A stretch of 64,000 nucleotides of DNA, taken from assembly GCA_040905425.1 (NCBI GenBank), contig JBBDRO010000032.1, positions 31,726 through 95,725 of the forward strand, given 5' to 3'. The notes under the pieces were generated by a model. That model saw only the letters and a list, made by a program, of their open reading frames with translations, was not told where the DNA came from and ran no database searches. Positions 20,519 through 37,026 of the stretch are shown piece after piece (position 1 is the stretch's first letter; every line of letters starts with the position of its first letter). The stretch comes from Gemmatimonadota bacterium (lineage in GTDB: Bacteria > Gemmatimonadota > Gemmatimonadetes > Longimicrobiales > RSA9). Position numbers and translations under genes: made by a program.

Positions 20519-21367
20519 TCAGATCCCGGCGCGGCTCCGATAAGCCTCCTGGAGCCGCTCCGTCAGCGGGCCGCGCGCACCCCCGGCCACCTGCCTGCCG
20601 TCCACCGTGGCAATGGGCATGACCTCGGTGGTGGTGCCCGACAGGAAGAGTTCGTCCGCGCGCCAGAATTCGTCCCAGAACATGGGCCGCTCCTCGGCCG
20701 GGATGCCCAGCTCCGCCGCCATGTCCAGCACCAGCTGGCGGGTGATGCCCGGCAGGATGTAGTTGCTGCGCGGATAGGTCACCAGCGTGCCGTTCAGCAC
20801 GGCAAAGAGATTGGCGTGCGATCCCTCCGCCACCACGCCGTCGCGCACGAAGAGCGCTTCGAAGCCGCCAGCCGCGTGGGCCGCCTGGTTGGCCAGCACG
20901 TTGGGCAGGAGCGCAATGGACTTGATGTCACAGCGCGTCCAGCGCGTGTCCGGCACGGTGATGCACGCCACGCCCCGCTCCATGTATTCCGCCGGGTAGC
21001 CCTTGAACGGCTTGGCGGTCAGGTAGAGCGTGGGCCGCACGGCCGAGGTGGGGAAGGCGTGCGTGCGCGGCGCCACGCCGCGCGTGACTTGCAGGTAGAT
21101 GGTGCCGTCCCCGTCCACGCCGTTCTCGGCAATGAGACGCTCGGCGATTCCCGGGATCTCCGCCACCAGTTCGGCATCGATCTGCAGCGCGCCGAGCCCG
21201 TTGCGCAGACGCGCCATGTGCTCGTTCATGAGGAACGGCTTCCCCCCGTAGAGCCGCACCACCTCGTAGACGCCATCGGCAAAGAGAAAACCACGGTCGT
21301 CCACGGGCACGCGCGCTTCCGCCGCGTCCACCACCTGGCCGTTCAGATAGACCTTCATGTCCCCCAC
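20519..21367 (-). CDS. dat: Class IV aminotransferase (D-amino-acid transaminase-like)
   Basis: DRGFLFADGVYE, DIKSIALLPNVL, ILPGITR. Confidence 0.85.
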   Translation of the reverse strand: MGDMKVYLNGQVVDAAEARVPVDDRGFLFADGVYEVVRLYGGKPFLMNEHMARLRNGLGALQIDAELVAEIPGIAERLIAENGVDGDGTIYLQVTRGVAPRTHAFPTSAVRPTLYLTAKPFKGYPAEYMERGVACITVPDTRWTRCDIKSIALLPNVLANQAAHAAGGFEALFVRDGVVAEGSHANLFAVLNGTLVTYPRSNYILPGITRQLVLDMAAELGIPAEERPMFWDEFWRADELFLSGTTTEVMPIATVDGRQVAGGARGPLTERLQEAYRSRAGI

Positions 21368-21436
21368 TCCTCCTGTTCATCTCTCAAGCGACGTCCCCCA
21401 TTCACCATCATCCGCGCGCCGGCTCCGCGGCGCGCG

Positions 21437-22258
21437 CTACGCACGCACGGCGCGCACTACCTCCACCAGACGCCGTACCCGGTCGGCTTCCACCGGCCCG
21501 CCCGCGCGTCCGTCCCGCTGCAGCGCGCTCCCCACGATGGCGCCGTCGGCCAGCGGCAGGAGCGCGGCCGCGTTCTCCGGGCCCAGTCCGCTGCCCACGA
21601 GCAGCGGCGCCTCGGGCACGGCCGCGCGCGCGGCGCGCAGGCTCTCGGTGTCCGTGGCGGCGCCGGTGGCCTCCCCTGAGACCACCAGCGCGTCGGCGCG
21701 GCCGCGTTCCCAGGCGTCGGCGGCGGCCCGCTCCACGCTCAGGCCGTGCGGCGGCACGGCGTGCTTCACGAGCACGTCGGCCAGAATGGCCACCTCCACG
21801 CCCAGCGCGGCACGCACGCGCAGCGTCTCGTGCGCCCGGCCCTCGAGGGTGCCCTGGTCGGTGAGCATGGTGCCGGTGTGCACGTTGACGCGGATGAAGC
21901 CTGCGCCGGTGGCGGCGGCCACGCCGAGCGCGGCCCGGGCGTCATTGCGCAGCGCGTTCACGCCTACGGGGAGGGATACCGCCCCGCGCACCAGGCGCGT
22001 GAGCGCGGCGAGCGCCGCCACCGTTTCGGCCGGGAGGGCGCCCGGATGGAAGGGCACGTCGTGGTAGTTCTCCACCAGCACCGCGTCGGCGCCGCCCGCC
22101 GCGAGCGCCTCGGCGTCGCGTCCGGCCCGGTCCTCCACGGCCGCCATGCTGCCACCCCACCCCGGTGCGCCCGGCAGCGGCAGGAGGTGGATCATGCCGA
22201 TGACGGCGAAGGGGGCGTCGAAGAGGAGGGGGACGCGCGCGAGCGGGTCGCGGTTCAT
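21437..22258 (-). CDS. BtpA/SgcQ family protein
   Basis: GMIHLLPLPG, ENYHDVPF, GVNALRND, DVLVKH, TG, IVGS. Confidence 0.9.
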   Translation of the reverse strand: MNRDPLARVPLLFDAPFAVIGMIHLLPLPGAPGWGGSMAAVEDRAGRDAEALAAGGADAVLVENYHDVPFHPGALPAETVAALAALTRLVRGAVSLPVGVNALRNDARAALGVAAATGAGFIRVNVHTGTMLTDQGTLEGRAHETLRVRAALGVEVAILADVLVKHAVPPHGLSVERAAADAWERGRADALVVSGEATGAATDTESLRAARAAVPEAPLLVGSGLGPENAAALLPLADGAIVGSALQRDGRAGGPVEADRVRRLVEVVRAVRA

Positions 22259-22408
22259 GGCCGTGGCAACGGCCGCGGATGCATGGGCACGGGGCGAATC
22301 TGCGCTGCCCGCCCGCGTAGCACAACGGGGGCCTTCGGCACGGCGGTTGCCTGCCTGCCGTGTGGACGTAGCTTCCGCACCCGCGCGCTTCCCCTTGCCC
22401 GGAGCCCC

Positions 22409-25048
22409 ATGGCCGATCCGCCCCGCCTGACGCACCTGCCCACCCATGAACGCACCCTGGACAACGGCCTCAGGGTCATCGTGCGGGAGGCCCACGACGC
22501 GCCCGTGGTGAGCATCGTGACGTACGTGCAGGCCGGCTACTTCGACGAGCCGGACACGCTGGTGGGCATCAGCCACGTGCTCGAGCACATGTACTTCAAG
22601 GGCACGGAGCGGCGCGGCCCGGGGGACATGGCGCGGGAGACTAAGGCGGCGGGGGGCTACCTGAACGCGGGCACCATCTACGACCATACCTCCTACTACA
22701 CCGTGCTGCCGGCCGCCTCGCTGGAGCAGGGGCTGGACATCCAGAGTGACGCGCTGCGGGCCTCCGCCATCGACCCGGACGAGCTGGCGCGTGAGCTCCA
22801 GGTCATCATCCAGGAGGCCAAGCGGAAGCTGGACACACCGCCAGCCGTCTCCCAGGAGAGCCTCTTCGAGACGCTCTTCGATGTGCATCGCATCCGCCGC
22901 TGGCGCATCGGCAAAGAGGAGATGCTGGCCGGCTTCACCCGGCAGGACGTGTGGGACTTCTACCGCCAACTCTACCGCGCCCCCAACGTGATCCTGGTAA
23001 TCGCGGGGGACGTGGAGCCGGCGGAGGTGTTTGCCCTGGCCGAGCGCTACTACGGTGAGCTGCCGGGTGGGCAGCCGGGGCGGAGTTCGGGTCCGGAGGA
23101 GCCGCCGCGCACGGGCCTGCGCTGCCGCGAGATGGAGGGGGAGATCACGCGCGCCTACCTGGAGTGGGGGTGGCGCACGCCCGGCGCCCTGCACGAGGAC
23201 ACGCCGGCGCTGGACGCGCTCTCGGTGGCGCTCGGCCAGGGGCGCGCCTCCCGCCTCTACCGGGCCGTGCGCGAGGCGGGGCTGGTCAGTGCCGCCAGCG
23301 CGTTCAACTACACGCCCGGCCAGGTGGGCGTCTTCGGCCTGAGCGCCGAGCTCGACCCGACCGGCACCGCGGCGGCGGTGGACGCCATGGCCGCCACCGT
23401 GCGGAGCTGCGTGGAGCGGCCCATCACCAGCGCCGAGGCCGCGCGCGCGCGCACCATCCTGGAGGCGCGCATGCTGCGCCGCCTGGAGACCGCCGAGGGC
23501 CAGGCCAACCTCATTGCCGAGTGGGAGGCGGAGGGGGACTGGCGGCTGGCGGATGACTACCTGGCGCGCATCCAGGCGCTCACCGCGGCCGATCTGGTGC
23601 GGGTGGCGGAGCGCTACCTGGCGGTGGCGCACGCCACCGTGCTGCTCTACCGCCCGCGCGCCGCCGCGGCCACCGGGTGGGACGCGGCCGGGATGGCCGA
23701 TCGTCTCCGGGACGCGGGGCTGCCAGCGGGCGTGGAGCTTCCGGGGGACGTCGCTTTCCCGGAGACGGCCGCGCTGGCGCCCGCTGCGGTGCGGACCGAG
23801 CGCGTGGAGGATGGGGTCCACTTTTTCGGCACGGAGCACGGCGCGCGGGTGGTGGTGCTGCCGCGCCACGGCGCGCCGCTGGTCACGCTGGCGCTGGCGG
23901 TGCGCGGCGGGGCGCTGGAGGAGGACGCCGCCACCTCGGGGATCACGGGGCTGCTGGCGCGGGCGTCCGTGAAGGGCACCACGTCACGGAACGCCGAGGT
24001 CATGGCCAGCGCCACCGAGGCGCTGGGCGGCTCCATCGGGGCCGACGTGGGCTCCGACACGCTGCACTGGCGGCTCTCGGTGCCCGCTCGGCACTTCGCC
24101 ACGGCGACCGACCTGCTGCTGGACACGGCGCTCCGGCCCGCGTTGCCCGCCGCGGCCGTGGCGCGCGAGCGGGAGGTGGCGCTGGCGGAGCTGGCCCAGC
24201 TGCGCGATGACATGGGCCGCTACCCGGGGCGCCTGCTCATGCAGGCCGCCTTTCCCGGCCACCCCTACGGCTGGGCGCTGGAGGAGCGCGAGGCTGCGCT
24301 GGCGGGGTTGGAGCGCGACGCCGTGGCGGCGTGGCACCTGCGGCGCGTGCGCCAGGCCCCAATCACGGTGCTGGTGGTGGGGGACGTGGAGCCCGAGGCG
24401 GCGGCCGCGCGCGTGGCCGCCCATCTGGGCGTGCCCGACGGCGTGGCGGAGGAGCCGCGGCGGCCGGCACCGCCGTGGCCCGCCACGCCGCACAGTGAGG
24501 CCGTGCAGCTGGACAAGGCGCAGACGGCGCTGGCGCTGGGCTTCCCCGGCCCGGCCCGGAACGAGGCCGACGTGGAGGAGCTGCGCGTGCTGTCCGCGGC
24601 CGTGGCCGGCCTGGGCGGGCGCATGTTCGAGGAGCTGCGCAGCCGGCGCTCGCTGGCCTACAGCGTGGCGGCCTATCCCGTGGCCCGCTGGCGGGCCGGG
24701 TGCTTCGTGGCCTACATAGCCACCTCACCGGAGCGCGAGGCGGAGGCGCGCGCGGGGCTGCTGGAGGAGCTGGAAGGGCTGCGGCGCGAGCTCCTGCCGG
24801 AGGAGGAGGTGGAGCGCGCCCGCCGCTACCTCATCGGCGCCTGGCAGATTCGCCAGCAGACGAACGGCGCCCGCCTCTCCGACCTCATGGACGTCCTGCT
24901 GGTGGGGGAGGGACTGGAGGAGCTGCGCAGCTTCGAGGCACGCATCCGCCGCGTCACCGCGGAAGGCATGCGGGCCGCCGCGGAGCGCTGGCTGGACCCC
25001 GCCCGCATGGTGGAGGGCGTGGTGCGGGGCAGCGGCGGCGGCAGGTAG
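22409..25048 (+). CDS. M16 (pitrilysin-like) zinc peptidase
   Basis: HVLEH inverted zincin motif; duplicated M16 domain architecture. Confidence 0.92.
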   Translation: MADPPRLTHLPTHERTLDNGLRVIVREAHDAPVVSIVTYVQAGYFDEPDTLVGISHVLEHMYFKGTERRGPGDMARETKAAGGYLNAGTIYDHTSYYTVLPAASLEQGLDIQSDALRASAIDPDELARELQVIIQEAKRKLDTPPAVSQESLFETLFDVHRIRRWRIGKEEMLAGFTRQDVWDFYRQLYRAPNVILVIAGDVEPAEVFALAERYYGELPGGQPGRSSGPEEPPRTGLRCREMEGEITRAYLEWGWRTPGALHEDTPALDALSVALGQGRASRLYRAVREAGLVSAASAFNYTPGQVGVFGLSAELDPTGTAAAVDAMAATVRSCVERPITSAEAARARTILEARMLRRLETAEGQANLIAEWEAEGDWRLADDYLARIQALTAADLVRVAERYLAVAHATVLLYRPRAAAATGWDAAGMADRLRDAGLPAGVELPGDVAFPETAALAPAAVRTERVEDGVHFFGTEHGARVVVLPRHGAPLVTLALAVRGGALEEDAATSGITGLLARASVKGTTSRNAEVMASATEALGGSIGADVGSDTLHWRLSVPARHFATATDLLLDTALRPALPAAAVAREREVALAELAQLRDDMGRYPGRLLMQAAFPGHPYGWALEEREAALAGLERDAVAAWHLRRVRQAPITVLVVGDVEPEAAAARVAAHLGVPDGVAEEPRRPAPPWPATPHSEAVQLDKAQTALALGFPGPARNEADVEELRVLSAAVAGLGGRMFEELRSRRSLAYSVAAYPVARWRAGCFVAYIATSPEREAEARAGLLEELEGLRRELLPEEEVERARRYLIGAWQIRQQTNGARLSDLMDVLLVGEGLEELRSFEARIRRVTAEGMRAAAERWLDPARMVEGVVRGSGGGR

Positions 25049-25130
25049 CCCGCGCACGTTTGCTCGTACGCACGCGCGCGCGTAAATTGCGCCCCGGTTC
25101 CCACACTGCCCCCCTGGCCGCGTGCTGCCC

Positions 25131-25919
25131 ATGGCCTCGTTCGAATATGTGACCCTCGAGAAGCGGGACGGCGTGGCCGTCCTGACCGTCAATCGCCCCG
25201 ACAAACTGAACGCCCTGAACGCCGCCACCATCGCGGAGCTGGACCGCGCGGTGCGGGACGTGGCGGAGGACGAAGACGTCCGCGGTCTGCTGGTGACCGG
25301 CGCTGGACAGAAGGCCTTCGTGGCTGGCGCCGACATCGGTGAGCTGGCCCGGATGGGGCCGCTCTCCGGCGTCCAGGTATCGCGCCAGGGCCAGGCCACC
25401 TTCCGCATGCTGGAGCGGCTGCCCAAGCCAGTGGTAGCCGCGGTCAACGGCTTTGCGCTGGGCGGCGGGCTGGAGCTGGCGCTCGCCTGCCACATGCGCG
25501 TGGCCTCGAGCAACGCCAAATTCGGGCTGCCGGAGGTGAAGCTGGGCATCATCCCCGGCTACGGCGGCACGCTGCGTCTGCCGCGCCTGGTGGGGCGCGG
25601 CCGCGCGCTGGAGCTCATCCTCACGGGGGAGATGATCGACGCCGCCGAGGCCCACCGCATCGGGCTGGTGAACCGTGTGGTGGAGGACGCGGCACGGGTG
25701 GTGGAGGAGGCGGAGGCGCTGCTCCGCAAGATCACGGGCAACGGCCCCGTGGCGCTGGCCATGGCGCTGGAGGCGGTGGACCACGGCATGAGCGCCACCG
25801 TGGAGGAGGCGCAGGTGCTGGAGTCCAACCTCTTCGGTCTGCTGGCCTCCACGGCGGACATGCGCGAGGGGATGGCGGCGTTCCTGGAGAAGCGGCAAGC
25901 GGCGTTCGAGGGGCGCTGA
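25131..25919 (+). CDS. Enoyl-CoA hydratase/crotonase
   Basis: NRPDKLNALN, AFVAGADI, GFALGGGLE, PEVKLGIIPGYGG. Confidence 0.92.
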   Translation: MASFEYVTLEKRDGVAVLTVNRPDKLNALNAATIAELDRAVRDVAEDEDVRGLLVTGAGQKAFVAGADIGELARMGPLSGVQVSRQGQATFRMLERLPKPVVAAVNGFALGGGLELALACHMRVASSNAKFGLPEVKLGIIPGYGGTLRLPRLVGRGRALELILTGEMIDAAEAHRIGLVNRVVEDAARVVEEAEALLRKITGNGPVALAMALEAVDHGMSATVEEAQVLESNLFGLLASTADMREGMAAFLEKRQAAFEGR

Positions 25920-26047
25920 GCGGGGCGGCGCTGGCCGGTTCCCCGCTGGCCGATTCGGCCATGGACGCGCCCGGGGCGTGGGCCCATCCTGCGTGCGGGG
26001 GGTGCCCGCTGGCCTCACACGCGCGCGCGAGCTAGATTCAGGGCTAC

Positions 26048-27199
26048 ATGCGGCACCCCGAGCACGCGCTGGCCCTGCGGGAGCTCCGCCTCCGCGATTT
26101 TCGCAATTTTGCCGCACTCGACCTGGAATTTCCCCCCGGGGGGGCGGCCGTCATCGGTGACAACGGCTCCGGCAAGACCAACCTCCTGGAGGCGGTCTAC
26201 TACCTGGAGATCTTCCGCTCCTTTCGCGGCGCCGCCGACGACCAGCTCGTGCGCTTCGGCGCGGACTCGTTCTTCATCCGCGGGGTCTTCGAGGAGGTGC
26301 GCTCGGGGGAGCGCCACGAAGTGAGCGCCGGCTACGAGCGGCGCACCCGCACCAAGCGCGTGGCCCTCGACGGCGTGGAGCCGGAGCGCCTGGGGGACGC
26401 CCTGGGCGGCCTGGGCGCCGTGGTCTTCTCGCCCTCGGACGTGGCGCTGGTGGCGGGCGCGCCGGGCGAGCGGCGGCGCTTCCTGGACATCGTGCTGTCG
26501 CTGAACGCGCGCGGCTACTTCGACGCGCTGCAGCGCTACCGCGGCGCGCTGCGCCAGCGCAACGCCACGCTCAAGGCGGGCACCGGCAGCGCGCACCTGG
26601 CGGCCTGGGACGCGGCGCTGGTGGCCGGCGGGGCGCGCGTGATCGCGGAGCGGATGCGCTGGGTGGCCGAGCACGCCGCCGCGTTCGGCGAGCGCTTCGC
26701 GGCCATCGGCGCCGGCGGCACGGCGGAGCTGGCCTACGAGGGCAGCGTGCGGCTGCCGGCCGAGCCGGGCGCGGCGAGCGTGGACGCGGCGGCCGCGGCC
26801 TTCACGGCCGAGCTGGCGCGCGTGGCCGAGCGGGAGCGGGAGCGCGGCATGACGCTCGTGGGGCCGCACCGGGACGACCTGGCCATCCGCTTCGGTGGTA
26901 CGGAGGAGGGTGTGGGACTGCGCGAGTTCGGCTCAGGCGGGCAGCAGCGCACCGCCGCCATTGCGCTGCGCATGATCGAGGCGGAGACCATCCGCGCGGC
27001 GCGGGATCGCGAGCCGGTGGTGCTGCTGGATGACGTGTTCGCCGAGCTCGACCCTGGCCGTTCGCGCCGCATCCTGGCGCTCATGGAGGAGGAGGAGCGC
27101 GGCCAGGTACTGCTCACCGCGCCCAAGGAGAGTGACGTGGAGCTGCGTGGGGGCTCGCTGGCGCGGTGGCGCATTGCCGCCGGGCGGATCGAGACGTGA
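26048..27199 (+). CDS. recF: DNA replication/repair protein RecF
   Basis: FRN, GDNGSGKTN, ERRRFLD, GPHRDDL, SGGQQR, LLDDVFAELD. Confidence 0.96.
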   Translation: MRHPEHALALRELRLRDFRNFAALDLEFPPGGAAVIGDNGSGKTNLLEAVYYLEIFRSFRGAADDQLVRFGADSFFIRGVFEEVRSGERHEVSAGYERRTRTKRVALDGVEPERLGDALGGLGAVVFSPSDVALVAGAPGERRRFLDIVLSLNARGYFDALQRYRGALRQRNATLKAGTGSAHLAAWDAALVAGGARVIAERMRWVAEHAAAFGERFAAIGAGGTAELAYEGSVRLPAEPGAASVDAAAAAFTAELARVAERERERGMTLVGPHRDDLAIRFGGTEEGVGLREFGSGGQQRTAAIALRMIEAETIRAARDREPVVLLDDVFAELDPGRSRRILALMEEEERGQVLLTAPKESDVELRGGSLARWRIAAGRIET

Positions 27200-27498
27200 A
27201 GCGGGAGCGGGATCCGGAGCCGCTGGGTGACGCGCTGCAGCGCTTTCTGGAGGAGAGCGCCATCGGCGAGAAGATGGAGAAGGCCTCCATCGTCCCGGAG
27301 TGGCCGGAGAAGGTGGGGGAAGCCATCGCCGCGGTGACCACGCCGCTGCGCGTCTCGGGCGGCACGCTGCTCGTGGCGGTGCGCTCCAGCGGCTGGCTCA
27401 TGGAGCTGCGCATGATGGAGCGTGAGATCCTGGGCCGGCTGAACGAGGGCAGGAAGCGGGGGCGCATCGAGCGCATCCGTTTCGTGATGAGCGAATGA
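27196..27498 (+). CDS. dciA: DUF721/DciA family protein
   Basis: Lies between recF and gyrB; WPEKVGEAIA...LLVAVRSSGWLMEL pattern. Confidence 0.8.
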   Translation: MKRERDPEPLGDALQRFLEESAIGEKMEKASIVPEWPEKVGEAIAAVTTPLRVSGGTLLVAVRSSGWLMELRMMEREILGRLNEGRKRGRIERIRFVMSE

Positions 27499-27617
27499 GG
27501 TGCGGCCCCGGTGCGCGGGAAGCGCGCCGGCGGATGCGCGGGGACGTCGCTTGAAAATGCGCTGTTGAAGGCGTAACCCCGGGGGTGTTCCGGGGTAGTA
27601 TTCATGGTTGATCCTGA

Positions 27618-33249
<5,632 letters not shown>

Positions 33250-33382
33250 GGCAAAATGGGTTCTAAGCTGAAAAGCCTCGTGACAGGGTAAGCGGCCCCG
33301 TGATTTGGCCTGGCGGCTGAGGTGACATGAAGATGATCCCGTTGGCGTAGACGTGTCGCCAAGCTTTTCCGCCTGTTCGGGC

Positions 33383-34588
33383 ATGCGCCAGCGCGCGCCA
33401 TCGATCCGCCGCGCCGCCACGGTACTCGCCGCCTGTCTGCTCACGGCGTGCGGTGCCGCGGACGTCCTCCCCGGGGAGACGGCGGTCACCGACAGCGCCG
33501 GTGTCCGTCTTGTGCACAGCGCCGCGCCGCGCCACGCCCTGGATGCGGCCCCTCGACTGAGCGCCGAGCCGGAGCTGGTGATCGGGGTGCGCGACGGCGA
33601 CCCCGTCTACCAGTTCAGCGGCCTGCGCGGTTCGCGCCTGCGAGAAGACGGTGGTGTGGTGGTGATCGACGCGTCCCGTCAGATCCGCTATTTCGACCGG
33701 GTGGGGCGGCATGTGCGTACCGTGGGCGGGCAGGGTGGTGGTCCGGGAGAGTTCCAGGGGCCGATGAGTCTCATGACGTTGCCGGGGGACTCGCTCATGG
33801 TCAGCGATTTCCAGCTGCGGCGGGCCACCGTCCTGGATCCCGAGGGGACGGTGTTGGAGGTGTTCCCGCTGCCGCGTGTAGGCTTGCCCCCACCCCAGCT
33901 GGTGGACGTGCTGCCGGACGGACGGCTCCTCCACAGCGTCACCGACCGGCCCGAGGGCTGGCCGACCGGCGTCGTGGAAACCACCTACATCTACACGGCG
34001 GTCGCGCCCGGGCGCGCGGCCGTGGACACGCTCTTCGTGCGCGGCCGCCCCGCCATGTTCGGCGTGGGCAACGGCATGATCAGCCTGCCGTACGCGCGTG
34101 GTTTCAGCGCCAGGGTGGATGGAGAGACGCTGCTGGTGGCGGACGGTCAGGCGGGCGCGGTCGAACGCATCTCCCTGGACGGTCTGGTCCTGGCGCGCTA
34201 CTCGTGGGCCGCGTCGCGGCTCCCTGTGACGGAGTCGATGAAGGATGCCCACCGCCAGCAGCGCGCCCCGAGTGTCGCTCGGATGACGGGTGGCTCGGCC
34301 GAGGGTGTCCTGGACGACCTTCCTTTCCCTGATTCGCTACCCGCGTTCGACTCCATGAGGCCAGACCGCGGCAGCGGCCGGATCTGGCTGCGCCGGTTCG
34401 TCGTGGATGCCACCCCCCACGTCTGGACCGTGTTGGACACCGATGGCAGCTGGCTGGCCGACGTCGAGATGCCACCCGGTTTCAGTCTGTCCGATATCCT
34501 CGACGGGCGGATCGTCGGTGTCTGGTGGGACGAGTTCGACGTGCCCTACGTGCACGTCTACGCCTTGCATGGCCTGGCCGCCCCCTAG
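33383..34588 (+). CDS. 6-bladed beta-propeller-type lipoprotein
   Basis: Lipobox LTAC, DSAGVRLV, GGQGGGPGEF, GRIWL, DEFDVPYVHVY. Confidence 0.8.
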   Translation: MRQRAPSIRRAATVLAACLLTACGAADVLPGETAVTDSAGVRLVHSAAPRHALDAAPRLSAEPELVIGVRDGDPVYQFSGLRGSRLREDGGVVVIDASRQIRYFDRVGRHVRTVGGQGGGPGEFQGPMSLMTLPGDSLMVSDFQLRRATVLDPEGTVLEVFPLPRVGLPPPQLVDVLPDGRLLHSVTDRPEGWPTGVVETTYIYTAVAPGRAAVDTLFVRGRPAMFGVGNGMISLPYARGFSARVDGETLLVADGQAGAVERISLDGLVLARYSWAASRLPVTESMKDAHRQQRAPSVARMTGGSAEGVLDDLPFPDSLPAFDSMRPDRGSGRIWLRRFVVDATPHVWTVLDTDGSWLADVEMPPGFSLSDILDGRIVGVWWDEFDVPYVHVYALHGLAAP

Positions 34589-34639
34589 CCGCAGCCTCGG
34601 AACGAGTAAACGCGCCCCGGGGCACCCGGCGCCGGCCGC

Positions 34640-34960
34640 GGACGACGACAACCGGCCATTTATCGGGGGCAAAAAGACGCGGGTCGGGTTACCGTCGTGA
34701 TCACGACGGAAAGTGGCCACGCGTCGGTGGCGGCGGCGGAATGTTGTCCAGTTGTCGTCGTGATCACAACCATAACTGGACGGTTGCCTCCAGCGGCCCG
34801 ATTCGGGGCCACTTACCGTCGTTGAGGGGGCTCTGGCCATCCGCCATGCGGGCCCCTCCCGCCATCCATCCACCATGCGCCGCATCCACCACGCGCCGCC
34901 CGCGCCATCCGCCCGCGCCATGCGCCACCCGCGCCATGCGCCACCCGCGCCGCTCGCCGT
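34640..34960. repeat. Non-coding nested inverted-repeat element followed by low-complexity GCCAT(G/C)CG repeats
   Basis: Palindrome CCGTCGTGATCACGACGG; CGACGGAAAGTGGCC pairs with GGCCACTTACCGTCG; GTCCAGTT pairs with AACTGGAC. Confidence 0.55.
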
Positions 34961-35072
34961 GCGCAACCGTTGGCGAGCATCGCCGCATGCAGAAATGTGT
35001 ACACAGGCCGCGTCATTTCTCCGGCCGCCAGGGCGTTTCCCTGGGCAGACGCCTCTCGCATCGGAGGACACC

Positions 35073-36953
35073 ATGGCCGCCATCCTGACGCTCCGCTCGC
35101 TCCTGCCGCTGCCCCTGCTTCTGCTGGTCACCTCGGCCGCGCTGCAGGCGCCGCCCGTGATCACCGGCCGCGTCAGCGACGGGGCCACGGCGGCTCCACT
35201 CAACGGCGCACAGGTGCTCGTTCGGGGGACGATGCACGGCGCCCTGACCGACGCCCGGGGCACGTACCGGATCACGTTGCCCGATACACTCATCGGCCGC
35301 GAGGTCCAGCTTGCCGTGGCCGTGATGGGCTACGGTCAGGATACCCGCACCGTCCGCGTGGCGGCGGACAGCACGGTGGTGGATTTCAGCCTGAATGCGC
35401 AATCCCTCTCCCTGAAGGATGTGGTCATCACCGGCGCGGATCGGATCCAGGGCAAGAAGGTCCCTTTCTCCGTCACGCCGGAGCTCCTGTTCCGCACCGC
35501 TCGACCGGACCACAACACCGAATCCTATGCCCTCATCGAGGAGAACGGCTTCCGCGCCGCGCTGGATCACCCGCTTTCCACTTTCGGCGTGGACGTGGAC
35601 CGCGCCTCCTACGCCAACGTGCGCCGCTTCCTCCAGCGGGGGAAGCTGCCCCCGGCCGACGCGGTCCGCATCGAGGAGTTGATCAATTACTTCCCCTATG
35701 GGGATCCGCCGCCCACGGACGAGCACCCGTTTTCGGTGAACACCGAGGTGGCGGCCGCGCCCTGGCAGCCCGCCCACCAGTTGCTGCGCATCGGCCTGCA
35801 GGGCCGGCAGGTGGCCACCGCTGATCTGCCGCCCGCCAACCTGGTCTTCCTCATCGACGTGTCCGGCTCCATGCGGACGCCCAACAAGCTGCCGCTCGTG
35901 AAGCGGGCGCTGGCCATGGTGGTGGACGAGCTGCGCCCGCAGGACCGCGTGGCGATCGTGGTATACGCGGGCGCCACGGGCCTGGCGCTGCCGAGCACGA
36001 GCGGAGCCGACAAGGCCGCCATCCGCGCCGCCATCGACCGGCTCGAGGCGGGGGGCAGCACCGCGGGCGGCGCCGGCCTGCGCCTGGCCTACCGGGTTGC
36101 CGCCGAGCACCACATACCCGGCGGCATCAACCGCGTGGTGCTGGCCACGGACGGGGACTTCAACGTGGGCGCCTCGAGTGACGCCCAGATGATCCGCCTG
36201 GTCGAGCAGGCCAGAGAGGGCGGCACGGCGCTCACCGTGCTGGGCTTCGGCATGGGCAATCTAAAGGATTCCAAGCTGGAGGGCCTGGCCGATCACGGGA
36301 ACGGGAATTACGCGTACATCGATGACCTGGCGGAGGCCCGCAAGGCGCTGATCGAAGAGCGCGGCGGCACCTTCTTCACCCTGGCCAAGGACGTCAAGAT
36401 CCAGGTGGAGTTCAATCCGGCGTTCGTACATGCATATCGTCTTATTGGCTACGAGAATCGCCTGCTCGACGCCGAGGACTTCGAGGACGATGGCAAGGAC
36501 GCGGGGGACCTGGGTGCCGGCCACGCCGTGACCGCGCTCTACGAAATCGTCCCGGCGGGTGTCGAGCATACGGTGAAAACCGGGAGTACGCCGCCGCTCC
36601 GCTATCAGGGGGAGCGCACGGCGGACGGCGTACGCTTCAGCGATGAGCTGGCCTTCGTGAGCCTGCGCTACAAGCCGCCCGAGGAGGACGTGAGCCGCCT
36701 GGTGCAGCTGCCTGTAGCCGCCGCTTCGGAGACGCCTTCCGCCGACCTACGCTTCGCCGCCGCGGTGGCTGGCTTCGGCATGATCCTGCGGGATTCGGAG
36801 CATCACGGGCGGCTCGACTATGCCGGCGTGCTGGAACAGGCGGCTGGCGCCCTCGGGGAGGATCCCGGCGGCCACCGGGCGGCCTTCCTGGAACTCGTTC
36901 GCACGGCGCGGCGCGTCAGCGCCGTGACGGCCGAGGCGGGCTCCGGCGGTTGA
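35073..36953 (+). CDS. YfbK-like VWA domain protein with N-terminal carboxypeptidase-regulatory-like domain
   Basis: GGAGG RBS, signal peptide, STFGVDVDRASY, MIDAS DVSGSM, ATDGDFNVG, YRLIGYENR. Confidence 0.9.
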   Translation: MAAILTLRSLLPLPLLLLVTSAALQAPPVITGRVSDGATAAPLNGAQVLVRGTMHGALTDARGTYRITLPDTLIGREVQLAVAVMGYGQDTRTVRVAADSTVVDFSLNAQSLSLKDVVITGADRIQGKKVPFSVTPELLFRTARPDHNTESYALIEENGFRAALDHPLSTFGVDVDRASYANVRRFLQRGKLPPADAVRIEELINYFPYGDPPPTDEHPFSVNTEVAAAPWQPAHQLLRIGLQGRQVATADLPPANLVFLIDVSGSMRTPNKLPLVKRALAMVVDELRPQDRVAIVVYAGATGLALPSTSGADKAAIRAAIDRLEAGGSTAGGAGLRLAYRVAAEHHIPGGINRVVLATDGDFNVGASSDAQMIRLVEQAREGGTALTVLGFGMGNLKDSKLEGLADHGNGNYAYIDDLAEARKALIEERGGTFFTLAKDVKIQVEFNPAFVHAYRLIGYENRLLDAEDFEDDGKDAGDLGAGHAVTALYEIVPAGVEHTVKTGSTPPLRYQGERTADGVRFSDELAFVSLRYKPPEEDVSRLVQLPVAAASETPSADLRFAAAVAGFGMILRDSEHHGRLDYAGVLEQAAGALGEDPGGHRAAFLELVRTARRVSAVTAEAGSGG

Positions 36954-37026
36954 CCGCGCTCCACCTCAGCGCGCACTTTGAAGGGGCGTCCCGCAGCCAT
37001 CCCTCCCATTCGCGGAGCCCGTCACC

